A DNA stretch of 58,422 nt from Bacteroidota bacterium (GTDB lineage: Bacteria > Bacteroidota > Bacteroidia > AKYH767-A > OLB10), in assembly GCA_031421935.1 (NCBI GenBank), contig JANOPQ010000038.1, forward strand, positions 1-58,422. Direction: 5' to 3'. The translations under genes were made by a program, and so were the position numbers. A model generated the notes under the pieces. That model saw nothing but the letters and a program-made list of their open reading frames with translations. It was not told the origin of the DNA and ran no database searches. Every line of letters starts with the position of its first letter. The first letter of the stretch is position 1. Below are positions 19,949 to 30,061 of the stretch, piece after piece.

Positions 19949-21086
19949 ACAGTTTCTTCAACATAGCAGCTTTATTCTGTACACGCTCTTTCTAATAATT
20001 GCGGTAACCTTTTCTTTAATGATTAACGCTTTATTTTTACGATTCTTCAAAACACTTGGTATTCGAAATAATTTAGACGGTACTATTATTCGTTGGGGGG
20101 CTATGTCGAAACCTAGTATTGGAGGAATAACTTTTTATATTATGTTTCTTCTTTCATTGGCCAGCTATTCTATTTTATTTGAACCTGCACAAGATGCTTA
20201 CCAACTCGGTTTTGTTGGACTTCTTTTATCAAGTGGTACTGGGTTTTTGATTGGCTTAGCCGATGACGCGTACAACACAAAGCCTTGGCTAAAATTTGGA
20301 GTTCAACTTCTCTCTGGTCTTATTTTAATTAGCACGGGTATTAGTATTCATATTTTCTCAAGTGATTTATTGAATTATATCGTTACCCTATTTTGGGTGG
20401 TTGGTATCATGAATTCAATAAATATGCTCGACAATATGGATGGAATCACCACTATAGTTTCCATTGGAATTATTTTAAATACCATTTACATTATTATTCA
20501 TAACGATGATATCGTTAACATGCATCTATTGGTTTTAATTGGTGTATTAGCTTCTTTGGTTGCCTTCTTACGTTTCAATTGGCATCCTTCAAAAATGTAT
20601 ATGGGTGATACGGGAAGTCAATTTCTAGGTGTCTTTTTAGCCACCATGGGAATTATTTATTTCTGGAATGATCCTTACTCTTCAGAAGCGCCAGCGACTG
20701 GAAAATTATTAGCTGGAACGATTATGACATTTATACTTCCCATTTTAGATACAACCGTCGTCGTTGTAAATAGACTTTCTGCAGGTCGATCCCCATTTGT
20801 AGGTGGAAAGGATCATACAACACACAGCCTTGCTTTACTTGGGCTAAGTGACACTCAAGTAAGTTTTGTTTTTGTCGGACTCGCCTTACTTTCTCTTTTG
20901 ATGAATGTGCTTATTGAAGAATTTGTTGGAGAGTGGAACTATTCTGCGTCCATTTTCTTCCTTTGTTACTTTGTTATTTTATTAAGTTTCTTCTTTTACA
21001 CCACAAGAAATAAGAAAATTAAAAGCAGAGAGCGGCTTCGCGAAATCAAATTGAGTCAAGGAGAAACTTCAAGCGTACAAAATTAA
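19941..21086 (+). CDS. WecA/MraY-family undecaprenyl-phosphate sugar-1-phosphate transferase
   Basis: [22 protein letters not shown] and DHTTH motifs; multiple TM segments. Confidence 0.92.
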   Translation: MTEQFLQHSSFILYTLFLIIAVTFSLMINALFLRFFKTLGIRNNLDGTIIRWGAMSKPSIGGITFYIMFLLSLASYSILFEPAQDAYQLGFVGLLLSSGTGFLIGLADDAYNTKPWLKFGVQLLSGLILISTGISIHIFSSDLLNYIVTLFWVVGIMNSINMLDNMDGITTIVSIGIILNTIYIIIHNDDIVNMHLLVLIGVLASLVAFLRFNWHPSKMYMGDTGSQFLGVFLATMGIIYFWNDPYSSEAPATGKLLAGTIMTFILPILDTTVVVVNRLSAGRSPFVGGKDHTTHSLALLGLSDTQVSFVFVGLALLSLLMNVLIEEFVGEWNYSASIFFLCYFVILLSFFFYTTRNKKIKSRERLREIKLSQGETSSVQN

Positions 21087-21766
21087 TTCTTCTTATCGAG
21101 CAAATTTGGTCTGCGTTCCTTTGTTCGCTGAAGTGACTTTTCATATTTCCACTGCTCAATATTCTTTTCATGTCCTGATAATAAAATATCGGGAACTTTC
21201 CATCCTCTAAATTCAGCAGGACGTGTATAAACAGGTGGAGCTATTAAATCATCTTGAAAAGAATCTGATAGCGCTGATGTTTCATCATTTAAGACGCCAG
21301 GAATTAAACGAATTAAAGTATCGCATAGCACAGCTGCTCCCAACTCTCCTCCCGACAAGACATAATCTCCTATACTTATTTCACGAGTAATAAAATGTTC
21401 ACGTACTCGCTCATCCACTCCTTTGTAATGTCCACAAAGGATCATCATATTTCCAGAAAGTGATAGTTGATTTGCTAATGGTTGGTCCAACAATGTTCCA
21501 TCCGGACTCATATAAATCACTTCTTCGTAATCATTTTTACTTTTCAATGTTTCAATACAAAGTACAATTGGTTCAATCATCATCACCATTCCTGCACCAC
21601 CACCAAAGGCGTAATCATCGGTGTTACGATGTTTACTTAATGCATAATCTCTCAAATTGATTAAATTCACTTGAACCAATCCTTTTTCCTGAGCACGTTT
21701 CAAAATAGAATGCTGAAAAGGACTTTCCAGTAATTCGGGATGCACGGTGATGATATCGATACGCAT
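21083..21766 (-). CDS. trmD: tRNA (guanine-N1)-methyltransferase
   Basis: [29 protein letters not shown] and YTRP motifs. Confidence 0.98.
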   Translation of the reverse strand: MRIDIITVHPELLESPFQHSILKRAQEKGLVQVNLINLRDYALSKHRNTDDYAFGGGAGMVMMIEPIVLCIETLKSKNDYEEVIYMSPDGTLLDQPLANQLSLSGNMMILCGHYKGVDERVREHFITREISIGDYVLSGGELGAAVLCDTLIRLIPGVLNDETSALSDSFQDDLIAPPVYTRPAEFRGWKVPDILLSGHEKNIEQWKYEKSLQRTKERRPNLLDKKN

Positions 21767-21781
21767 GTTTTGTTCTGAAAT

Positions 21782-22231
21782 CTAAATTTTCTTGATCATT
21801 AAATAATGTTGAATGTCGTTGTAAAGTAAAAAAGTTTCCTTCACTTTTGTATAACCACAGGCAATGTAAAATTCCAAAGCGTTTTCACGCGCTTGTAAAA
21901 CGATGGTTTTTACTCCGGCACTCATTGCTAAACTTTCCAACTCTTCCATCATCATTTTCCCAATTCCCTTTCCACGTTGTCCGGTATCAACTGCCATATA
22001 TCTAATTTGAGCTTCATGTGGAGAGTTGAGGTGAAAACGTCCACAAGCGATGATATTTCCATCTTCATCAACGATCATTCGTTGTAAACTATTTTCTTCC
22101 TGATCGTCACGTTCGGTTCCTTTGGGTTGACCCCATGGCTTACGAAGTAATTTCCATCGAAAGAAAAAATAATCCTCAATCCTATTTTCATGGTAAGGAT
22201 CTGCAAATTTTAATTTACTCATCGTCATCAT
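21782..22231 (-). CDS. GNAT family acetyltransferase (YiiD N-terminal-like)
   Basis: LRKPWGQP, QIRYMAV, RGKGIG and ARENALEFY motifs. Confidence 0.88.
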   Translation of the reverse strand: MMTMSKLKFADPYHENRIEDYFFFRWKLLRKPWGQPKGTERDDQEENSLQRMIVDEDGNIIACGRFHLNSPHEAQIRYMAVDTGQRGKGIGKMMMEELESLAMSAGVKTIVLQARENALEFYIACGYTKVKETFLLYNDIQHYLMIKKI

Positions 22232-23307
22232 ATATTCTCTATTTTAAAGGCCACTGTCGCCATTCGCTTGCTTATTTTTCCGTTGGGTTCCACTTGCTCC
22301 AACACCATTGCTTTTGCCAGAGAATCATTCAATACTTCGTCTAACTTTCTAATTTTCGCAGCAGGAACTTTAGCCTGGTGCAACTTTGATAAAACGGTAG
22401 ATGCATCTTGCCTGCTGAATAATGCAGTTAACTCTGATTGTAAATCAATTCTATTTTTAACACGATCCGCGTTAGTTAAAAATTTACTTTCATCTGCGAG
22501 TGATTGTTTGCCCAACACATCACATAAAACTCGAAACTGTCCATCGGTACCCACCGCCAATAAAATCGGCTGGTGATCTTTACTCAATACCTTTTCACCA
22601 TAAGGGGCAATATTGGGATGTAAGGAACCTAACTGTGACGGCACTACGTTCGTATTGAGATAAGCACTGGATTGATTGATTAATGATGCCAATGCAGATC
22701 GATATAACGAAGTAGAGACGATGGCTCCTTTTCCTGATTTTTCTCGTTTCCATAACGCTAATAGTATTCCTTCTTTGAGTTGATGAGCGGCCAATACATC
22801 AATGAAAGCAATGGGAAGCTTCAAAGGATCGTCACCTGGATTTCCGTTTATTGACATCATTCCTGATTCCGCTTGCAATACGGCATCATAAGCTACACGA
22901 TCTTCGGAATCAAACCCATGAATTTCACCAATGACTAATGAAGGATAACGGTCAAGCAGTACCGAACTCTTTAAATCAAACTTTTCTGCATCGCCCTCTT
23001 TAAAATTGACGATAAGCACATCTGCACTTTGCAAATATTCTGAAAGTTGCGCTCGATCGGAAGACGCCCCTAAATCAAGAAAAACAATTTTCTTGCGCCA
23101 ATTCACACAATGATAATACGCAGAAGCGGGATCATCCTTAGATTCATAAACTGATTTCCATCCGCGGGTTGGATCACCACCGCTCCTTTTATTCTCAATT
23201 TTAATGACTTCAGCACCTAACTCAGCGAAAAACATTCCCACTGCTGGACCCGCCAATACCGTGGCCAATTCAATTACTTTAAGTCCTTTCAGGGAATCCG
23301 TCAACAT
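22228..23307 (-). CDS. CoA-transferase family III (CaiB/BaiF)
   Basis: LKVIELATVLAGP, GAEVIKIE, YDAVLQAESG and HPNIAPY motifs. Confidence 0.92.
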   Translation of the reverse strand: MLTDSLKGLKVIELATVLAGPAVGMFFAELGAEVIKIENKRSGGDPTRGWKSVYESKDDPASAYYHCVNWRKKIVFLDLGASSDRAQLSEYLQSADVLIVNFKEGDAEKFDLKSSVLLDRYPSLVIGEIHGFDSEDRVAYDAVLQAESGMMSINGNPGDDPLKLPIAFIDVLAAHQLKEGILLALWKREKSGKGAIVSTSLYRSALASLINQSSAYLNTNVVPSQLGSLHPNIAPYGEKVLSKDHQPILLAVGTDGQFRVLCDVLGKQSLADESKFLTNADRVKNRIDLQSELTALFSRQDASTVLSKLHQAKVPAAKIRKLDEVLNDSLAKAMVLEQVEPNGKISKRMATVAFKIENI

Positions 23308-24235
23308 GCGTCACACTTCTAGCCCTCAAAAATACTTCAGCCAGCATGCAACGAATGCCACCTCCTCCAATTTTTTCAATCATCCGGATGTCAACAACCA
23401 CAAAGTTGGATCGTTTAGAAATCAATCCTTTCTGATCTATTGTCAGATTTTGATAGGCTGATGTTGAACAAATCGTAAATAATTTCCCCTCTTTAGTTTG
23501 GAGTTGAAGCATGTTCCCACAGAAATGCTGGACTTGATTCCAGGTAATAGAAATTGCTTCCAAATTGCCCTCTTTAAAAAACTGCAAGAGCTTTGATTTT
23601 TCGAATGGATCAATAATCCCATCTTCATAATAAAGTACATAACCCAACCCCATATTCATGATCACATTGGTATGGTAAATCGGTTGTTGATACGCATCGA
23701 TACAGGTAAATAAAAATGGAGTATAGTTTAAAGCAGAACATACATCAGTAAAAACTTCTTCATCTGTTCTTGGACTTCGAATCGCGAAAGCTGTTTTTTG
23801 CAGATGGTCAAATACAATACTTCCTGTTCCTTCTAAGAATAAAAACTGTTTTTCATATTTACTGTAATCATGAATCTCATCTACTTCAAAATTATACTTC
23901 AAATCAACGAGCATGTTTCCGTTTCTTTCTCGCTGTCGATTTGCAGCCATCATTGGGTAAATAAATAATTTATTTTGCTCATGCGTGCTGAAACAATTAT
24001 TCGGGAAGATACAATCAGGCGCTAACAAATCATCAGATTGAGAAACGAGAACATCAATTCCAACATCTCTCAATTGATCTACTACGCTATCAAATTCTAC
24101 CAATGCCATGTCAGACACCTTTTCAACTTCCAATTTATTTTGAAACGAATTACTGCTAGAAGTTTCGGGGTTATAACCAAATTGCGCGGGACGAACCATC
24201 AAAACGGTATGTGCAATATGATTGTGAACCAACAT
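23279..24235 (-). CDS. Amidinotransferase-family (CtlX-like) hydrolase
   Basis: LMVRP, PDCIFPNN, LEGTGS, IYHTNV and GGGGIRCMLAE motifs. Confidence 0.88.
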   Translation of the reverse strand: MLVHNHIAHTVLMVRPAQFGYNPETSSSNSFQNKLEVEKVSDMALVEFDSVVDQLRDVGIDVLVSQSDDLLAPDCIFPNNCFSTHEQNKLFIYPMMAANRQRERNGNMLVDLKYNFEVDEIHDYSKYEKQFLFLEGTGSIVFDHLQKTAFAIRSPRTDEEVFTDVCSALNYTPFLFTCIDAYQQPIYHTNVIMNMGLGYVLYYEDGIIDPFEKSKLLQFFKEGNLEAISITWNQVQHFCGNMLQLQTKEGKLFTICSTSAYQNLTIDQKGLISKRSNFVVVDIRMIEKIGGGGIRCMLAEVFLRARSVTHVDGFPERT

Positions 24236-24237
24236 TA

Positions 24238-24669
24238 TTATATGCTTTTATTTGAATCTATAAAATACTTTATTGCCAATTCATACCCTTTTAATCCAAG
24301 TCCACCGATGAGTCCAACACATTTGCTCGCCATTAAACTCTGATGACGAAATTCTTCTCTAGCAAAAACATTAGAGATATGCAATTCAATTACTGAAGTT
24401 CGAATGGCTGCAACGGCATCGGTAATTGCCACAGAAGTGTGTGTATAACCGCCAGCATTCAAAATGATTCCTTGAGAGGAAAAACCAACTTCATGCAATC
24501 GATTAATGAGTTCACCTTCCACATTACTTTGAAAATAATGAAGATCGATATCTGGAAAAAGCTCCTTTAAATTTGAAAAATATTCTTCAAAAGTCTTCAC
24601 ACCATACACTTCGGGTTCACGAATACCCAACAAATTCAAATTTGGACCGTTAATAATATCTACACGCAT
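24238..24669 (-). CDS. aroQ: Type II 3-dehydroquinate dehydratase
   Basis: INGPNLNLLGIREPEVYG, QSNVEG and HISNVFAREEFRH motifs. Confidence 0.97.
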   Translation of the reverse strand: MRVDIINGPNLNLLGIREPEVYGVKTFEEYFSNLKELFPDIDLHYFQSNVEGELINRLHEVGFSSQGIILNAGGYTHTSVAITDAVAAIRTSVIELHISNVFAREEFRHQSLMASKCVGLIGGLGLKGYELAIKYFIDSNKSI

Positions 24670-24719
24670 CATGTACAAATTTACAAAAAATATGAATCAT
24701 TAATTATCTTCGTACAGTC

Positions 24720-25622
24720 ATGAACGCTTGGACGCCCTACATTAAAGGATTTAGAAGTTATTCGCAATTGGAACGTTCACTGTCCTCCAATACGGTGGAA
24801 GCTTATGAGCATGACATTGAAAAATTAGTACAGTTTTTAGATTTCAAACAATACTCCTATTCCCCCGAGCAAATCAAACATGAACATCTACAGGAATTTC
24901 TTCGATGGGTGAGTGATTTGGGAATGATGGCAAGAACGCAAGCACGCGTGTTATCAGGAGTAAAAGCCTTTTACAAATACTTGTTGATGGAAAATGTTTT
25001 GCAAGATGATCCCACCGAATTAATAGAAGGTCCGAGCATTGGGAAGAAACTTCCTGATTTTCTTACGGTGGAAGAAATAAATATATTGTTAAACGCTATC
25101 GATTTAAGTTTACCTGAAGGACAACGAAACAAAGCGATGCTCGAAACATTATATTCTTGCGGCTTGCGTGTATCGGAACTTATCGGATTGCAATTAAGTC
25201 AAAGTTATTTTAATGATGGTTTTGTAAAGGTTACTGGTAAGGGTAACAAAGAAAGAATAATTCCGATGGGAGATTCAGCCATAAAACAAATTGGGTTGTA
25301 TACGGATGGAATTCGAAATCATTTGCCGATACAAAAGGGGCATGAAGATTATATTTTCTTAAATCGAAGAGGACGAAAATTAAGTCGGGTGATGGTTTTT
25401 ATGATCATCAAAGATTTGGCTTCGCGAGCTGGAATTAGAACTACAATAAGTCCGCATACATTTCGACATTCATTTGCCACCCATTTAATTGAAGGCGGTG
25501 CCGATTTACGAGCGGTTCAAGAGATGCTTGGCCATAGCAGCATTACCACTACGGAGATTTACACCCATCTCGACAAGGACTATTTGCGATCGGCTATCTT
25601 ACAGTTTCATCCACGCAAATAG
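24720..25622 (+). CDS. xerD: Site-specific tyrosine recombinase XerD
   Basis: GLRVSEL, GKGNKER, SPHTFRHSFATHL and LGHSSITTTEIYTH; divergent from aroQ as is usual in Bacteroidota. Confidence 0.93.
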   Translation: MNAWTPYIKGFRSYSQLERSLSSNTVEAYEHDIEKLVQFLDFKQYSYSPEQIKHEHLQEFLRWVSDLGMMARTQARVLSGVKAFYKYLLMENVLQDDPTELIEGPSIGKKLPDFLTVEEINILLNAIDLSLPEGQRNKAMLETLYSCGLRVSELIGLQLSQSYFNDGFVKVTGKGNKERIIPMGDSAIKQIGLYTDGIRNHLPIQKGHEDYIFLNRRGRKLSRVMVFMIIKDLASRAGIRTTISPHTFRHSFATHLIEGGADLRAVQEMLGHSSITTTEIYTHLDKDYLRSAILQFHPRK

Positions 25623-25822
25623 CGGAGTTAGCTATAAGTTTGAGTGAAATTATTCGAATCGTTAAGAAGAAATAATAACTTCTAATTACGTCATAAACTA
25701 CTGTAAATCTATGTATTAATTAAAATATTAAAGCAAAAAAATGAACTGATTCACTCAGGAAGACTGGTATTTTTTTGGGGTTAAATCAATAAGCCTTAAT
25801 TTTATCAAAATACAAGAGATAC

Positions 25823-26539
25823 ATGGCATATACCTATCAAGACGCTTCGATCGTAGACATTATAGACGAGACAGAAAAAGTGAAACGATTTTTCATTAAA
25901 GTTCCAGATGAAATACCTTTTTCCTTTAAGGCAGGACAATTCATTATGTTGGATTTACCCCTCGATTCAAAATATACAAATCGCAGTTATTCGATTGCAT
26001 CAGCTCCTTCGAAAGATAATATTTTTGAGTTGTGTATTGTACTTAATGAAAAAGGATTAGGAACACCACTCTTATGGGAGAGATATAATATAGGAACACA
26101 ATTAAAAATCTCAAAAGTGTTAGGTAAATTCCAATTGCCTGATCCTATTGATCGCGACTTATGTTTTATTGGAACTGGGACTGGTGTTGCTCCGTTACGT
26201 TCACAAATCGTACATATCTTAAAAAATAATATTCCACATAAAAATTTATACTTGATTTTTGGTAATCGTTGGGAGAAAGATATTCTTTATCGCAAAGAGC
26301 TAGAAGAATTGGCAGCAGAATATCCAAGCTTCCAATTCATTCCTGTTTTATCACGTCAAAATGATGGATGGAAAGGTAAGTCAGGATATGTGCATAGCAT
26401 TTACGAAGAAATTTTTGCGGATCAACGACCAGCTTATTTTTATATCTGCGGATGGGCGGATATGCTAAAAGAAGCGCGACAAAGACTCGATATTTTAGGA
26501 TATGACAAAAAAGCGATTCGCTTTGAGTCGTATGATTAA
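25823..26539 (+). CDS. Ferredoxin-NADP reductase-like FAD/NAD(P)-binding oxidoreductase
   Basis: FKAGQF, RSYSIAS, GTGTGVAP and YICG motifs. Confidence 0.9.
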   Translation: MAYTYQDASIVDIIDETEKVKRFFIKVPDEIPFSFKAGQFIMLDLPLDSKYTNRSYSIASAPSKDNIFELCIVLNEKGLGTPLLWERYNIGTQLKISKVLGKFQLPDPIDRDLCFIGTGTGVAPLRSQIVHILKNNIPHKNLYLIFGNRWEKDILYRKELEELAAEYPSFQFIPVLSRQNDGWKGKSGYVHSIYEEIFADQRPAYFYICGWADMLKEARQRLDILGYDKKAIRFESYD

Positions 26540-26613
26540 AAAGTTGCAAAACATAGTATACTAAATTTCGTTTTAAACTGTTATCTTCCTCTAACTCATC
26601 AATTTCTTAAAAA

Positions 26614-27612
26614 ATGCTAAACGAGTTGAGATCGAAAAAACTAAGTCAGATTTTAAATCAGAGCCCTGCTTCTGAATTTGGATTTGGCAATACCACCAAT
26701 GAATCCGGAGAGCGAACATTAAACAAAGATGGCACGGCCAATATTAAACGTATTGGAGAGCCACATTTCAATGTAGTGAATATTTACCATTCACTCATCA
26801 CTATGTCGTGGTTAAACTTCAGCATCTTGGTTTTTGGTTTTTACTTTTTTGTCAATTTATTATTTTCTACACTCTATTATATTCTTTGTCCCGATGCTAT
26901 TGCAGGAATGATTTATACCAACGAAGCAGAAAAGTTTTTGGAAATATTTTTCTTTAGTTCACAATCACTAACCACAGTTGGATATGGAAGATTAAATCCG
27001 ACAGGCATACTTGCAAGTTCCATTGCCGGCATTGAATCCATGATGGGGTTATTGGGATTTGCATTAGCCACAGGATTATTGTATGGAAGATTTTCTCGCC
27101 CCACCGCAAAACTATTATACAGTGAAAATATTATCATTGCACCTTACAGCCACCCTACTTTATCTGTCGATTCACCTACCGCACTGATGTTCCGCGTGGC
27201 TAATTTGAGAAGAAATCAATTAATTGAAGTAGAAGCCTTGGTATTATTTTCGTACAATCAAAATGTAAACGGAGTAATACAACGAAAATTTGCTAACCTA
27301 AAACTTGAGGTTGCAAAAATAAGTTTTCTTGCACTTTCTTGGACCCTTGTTCATCCCATCAACGAGGAAAGTCCACTACGCAACTTAGTAGAAAATGATG
27401 TAGAAGAACTTGACGCTGAATTCATGATTAGTATTAAAGCCATTGATGATACCTACGCACAACAAATCTTTGATCGAAATTCTTATTTTTGGAAAGAAAT
27501 GAAATGGAACGCAAAATTTTTGCCGATGGTATCTAAGTCAGAAACAGGAAAAACCATTATCGATTTAAAAAAAATATCTGAAATTGAAAATATTGAAATT
27601 GAACATGTATAA
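26614..27612 (+). CDS. Inward-rectifier potassium channel (KirBac family)
   Basis: Two TM segments; filter TTVGYG; RFSRP, LMFRVAN and HPINEESPL motifs. Confidence 0.92.
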   Translation: MLNELRSKKLSQILNQSPASEFGFGNTTNESGERTLNKDGTANIKRIGEPHFNVVNIYHSLITMSWLNFSILVFGFYFFVNLLFSTLYYILCPDAIAGMIYTNEAEKFLEIFFFSSQSLTTVGYGRLNPTGILASSIAGIESMMGLLGFALATGLLYGRFSRPTAKLLYSENIIIAPYSHPTLSVDSPTALMFRVANLRRNQLIEVEALVLFSYNQNVNGVIQRKFANLKLEVAKISFLALSWTLVHPINEESPLRNLVENDVEELDAEFMISIKAIDDTYAQQIFDRNSYFWKEMKWNAKFLPMVSKSETGKTIIDLKKISEIENIEIEHV

Positions 27613-28372
27613 AATATTTCTAATACTTTTTTTCACTTGTATTGCAGGAACTTCGTGGTCACAAGTAGGAAAAAGTGAAATCCAAAAATTTCAACAAGGA
27701 GAAAAATTACAGCAGGAAGAAAAATGGAGTGAAGCCCTTGTTATTTATAAAGATCTATTGAAAAGCGATTCATCCAACATCGAATATTTATGGAGAACGT
27801 CTTTCATGTATTCCATCATTGGCTTTGAACAAAAAACAGAGAGTTCAAAACAAGATTGGTATGAAAAGGCAGCTTATTTAGGAAAGAAAGCCATCACACA
27901 ACATCCTCAGAATGCGAATGCACATTACGTCTATGCAGTTGCGCTAGGCAGAATGACTGAATTTGCAAGCAACAAAATAAAAATCGAGAATGCTAAATTA
28001 ATTAAATCAGAGGCGGAACTCACTATTAAACTTGATCCGAAAACGGCAGGAGCCTATCATATTTTAGGAAGATGGCATCGCGAAATTGCTGCATTTAATT
28101 TTTTTGAAAGAACCATGATAACAGCCATCTTCGGAGGGTTGCCTGGTGGAACTTATGATGAGTCCATTAAGCATTTTGAAAAAGCCATTTTGTTAGAGCC
28201 CATGAATGCATTGCATTATTTCGAGTTGGCACTTTCGTATCTAGCACGCGACGAAGAAAATGACAAACAGAATGCGAAAAATTGGCTGATTAAAGCAACA
28301 CAAATTCAAGTAAGGAGCGTAGACGACAAAAACAATAAGAGTAAATGTGAGAAATTGTTAAAAGAAATATAA
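27605..28372 (+). CDS. Exported TPR protein resembling the RMD1/RMDN family
   Basis: Signal peptide; LWR, HYVYAVALG, ILGRWH and GTYDESIKHFEKA motifs. Confidence 0.7.
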   Translation: MYKIFLILFFTCIAGTSWSQVGKSEIQKFQQGEKLQQEEKWSEALVIYKDLLKSDSSNIEYLWRTSFMYSIIGFEQKTESSKQDWYEKAAYLGKKAITQHPQNANAHYVYAVALGRMTEFASNKIKIENAKLIKSEAELTIKLDPKTAGAYHILGRWHREIAAFNFFERTMITAIFGGLPGGTYDESIKHFEKAILLEPMNALHYFELALSYLARDEENDKQNAKNWLIKATQIQVRSVDDKNNKSKCEKLLKEI

Positions 28373-28386
28373 AGTAAATTTTTATT

Positions 28387-29850
28387 TTACTTTTTTCTTT
28401 TCAACCAATCAAAAGCTTCGGGTGTCAAATTTTTCAAATAGACAAAAGCAATATAAATTCCAGAGATTATTATTCCTTTGTAAAGGATATTAATTAATGG
28501 GTATCCTGTGGATGGTAACAAAAATCCCAATCCAAAAAGAACAACAATTAAAAAGAGCAACACTTTATTTTCCTTCTCGAAAGGTTGCAAATTGAAATGC
28601 TTTTTAACATACCAAAACAAGAGACTATTGTAAATAAATGAAGCTAAAGCGGTAGCGGTGGCGGCTCCTATCATCCCTAACCAAGGGATTAAAATAATTT
28701 GCAATGCCAATACAATTACGGCTAAAGAAATTAAAAACACGGCGCCTAGCTTATACTTATCAGAATTAAATAAAATAGCTGCATTTAATCCTGTAGCCAT
28801 ATTGTAAAGACTTGACAAACTTAAAATAATTACGATGGGTGCACCCTGATCATAACCTGCAGGTAAAAAAGTGAACAAATCGTAAATATTGATATTCACA
28901 TTCAGAAAAAGAAATCCACCAATCATAAACATATACAAACTTGACTTTTGGTAAATCGAATTGATTTCTTCTCTATTATCTTCTTGCCAAGCAAATGCAA
29001 TTTTAGAAGAGGCGATGCGATCGAATGCATTCAATGGCGCTTCAATGATTGTTGGAATAAAGGCAGCTACAGTATAAATTCCTACAAAAGCTAGAGGCAT
29101 ATATTGACCAATCATAATGGCATCAAAAAATTTCAATCCGATAGAGGCAACAGAAGCAAACCAAAGTAACAATCCGTAACGAATCAACTGAATAAAATTT
29201 TGTTCTTTAAAAAAGGGCCAATCAATTTTAAATCCGGGTCTGTCGAATTGAAAAATATAGACCAACAAACCGATCATTTGAATTCCATAAATGGCAACAA
29301 AAGCCATTATAAACTCATCTAAGGTAAACCATTTGAGATAATACAAACTCACCACTGCAATAGCCATGAAGCGTACTATAATATCATTGAGGTATGTGGG
29401 AATTGTACTCTTATAATTCGAGGAGCAATAGATGCTTAATACAGAAATAATTGAAACAAAAAATGTAAGCGGAAAAACATAATAAAAGAACTCATTAAAC
29501 AAGGGCGATTCGGCAGCATAGCGACCCATGATAAAATCCTTAGACAAATAAAGTACTGCGGCTGCCAACACAAATCCAATCAAAGGAAACAGCAACATAA
29601 ATCCAAAAAAACCATGATGACGATTCTCAATACTTTTAAATCGAGGGAAGAAGCGTGTGGTAGCATTTCCAATGCCAAGGGGCACAAACATCGCCACCAA
29701 CAGAGCGAATGAATATAGTACTCGAGTTAAGCCTAACTCCTCTTTTGTAAGAAAATTTGGCTGGATAACAATCAGGTTTACAAAGCCCACCACAAAACCA
29801 ATATAGGTAGCTATGGTGTTTTTTATGCCTTGACGTTTGATGACTCCCAT
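28387..29850 (-). CDS. Polysaccharide flippase (Wzx/MATE-like)
   Basis: About 14 TM segments; MGVIKRQGIKNT start; GMIGAATAT motif. Confidence 0.87.
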   Translation of the reverse strand: MGVIKRQGIKNTIATYIGFVVGFVNLIVIQPNFLTKEELGLTRVLYSFALLVAMFVPLGIGNATTRFFPRFKSIENRHHGFFGFMLLFPLIGFVLAAAVLYLSKDFIMGRYAAESPLFNEFFYYVFPLTFFVSIISVLSIYCSSNYKSTIPTYLNDIIVRFMAIAVVSLYYLKWFTLDEFIMAFVAIYGIQMIGLLVYIFQFDRPGFKIDWPFFKEQNFIQLIRYGLLLWFASVASIGLKFFDAIMIGQYMPLAFVGIYTVAAFIPTIIEAPLNAFDRIASSKIAFAWQEDNREEINSIYQKSSLYMFMIGGFLFLNVNINIYDLFTFLPAGYDQGAPIVIILSLSSLYNMATGLNAAILFNSDKYKLGAVFLISLAVIVLALQIILIPWLGMIGAATATALASFIYNSLLFWYVKKHFNLQPFEKENKVLLFLIVVLFGLGFLLPSTGYPLINILYKGIIISGIYIAFVYLKNLTPEAFDWLKRKK

Positions 29851-29884
29851 AATTCGCTAAAATAGCTTAATATTATAATCGACT

Positions 29885-30061
29885 ATGAGATATTTACTTA
29901 TTTGTTTCATCTTGATTTCAACTACAATAGAAGCTCAAAAAGAAGGAAATTGGTGGGTATTCGGCAACACAACCAGCTTTGATTTTTCAACAAGCCTCCA
30001 ACTGCAGCTTGCAATAGATGGATGTGTAACAAATCACATCCATCTTTTATACCATAATTGA
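29885..30061 (+). pseudogene. 5' remnant of a T9SS-cargo-type secreted protein gene
   Basis: MRYLLICFILISTTIEAQKEGNWWVFGNTTSFDFST: signal peptide plus the QKE-N-W-FG-DF start typical of large Bacteroidota secreted proteins; the frame then runs into the asnB 3' end. Confidence 0.6.

Noticed and set aside
24720-25622. Tyrosine recombinase as a prophage or island integrase
   Set aside because: It has the length and motifs of housekeeping XerD, sits in the usual aroQ context, and has no mobile genes nearby.
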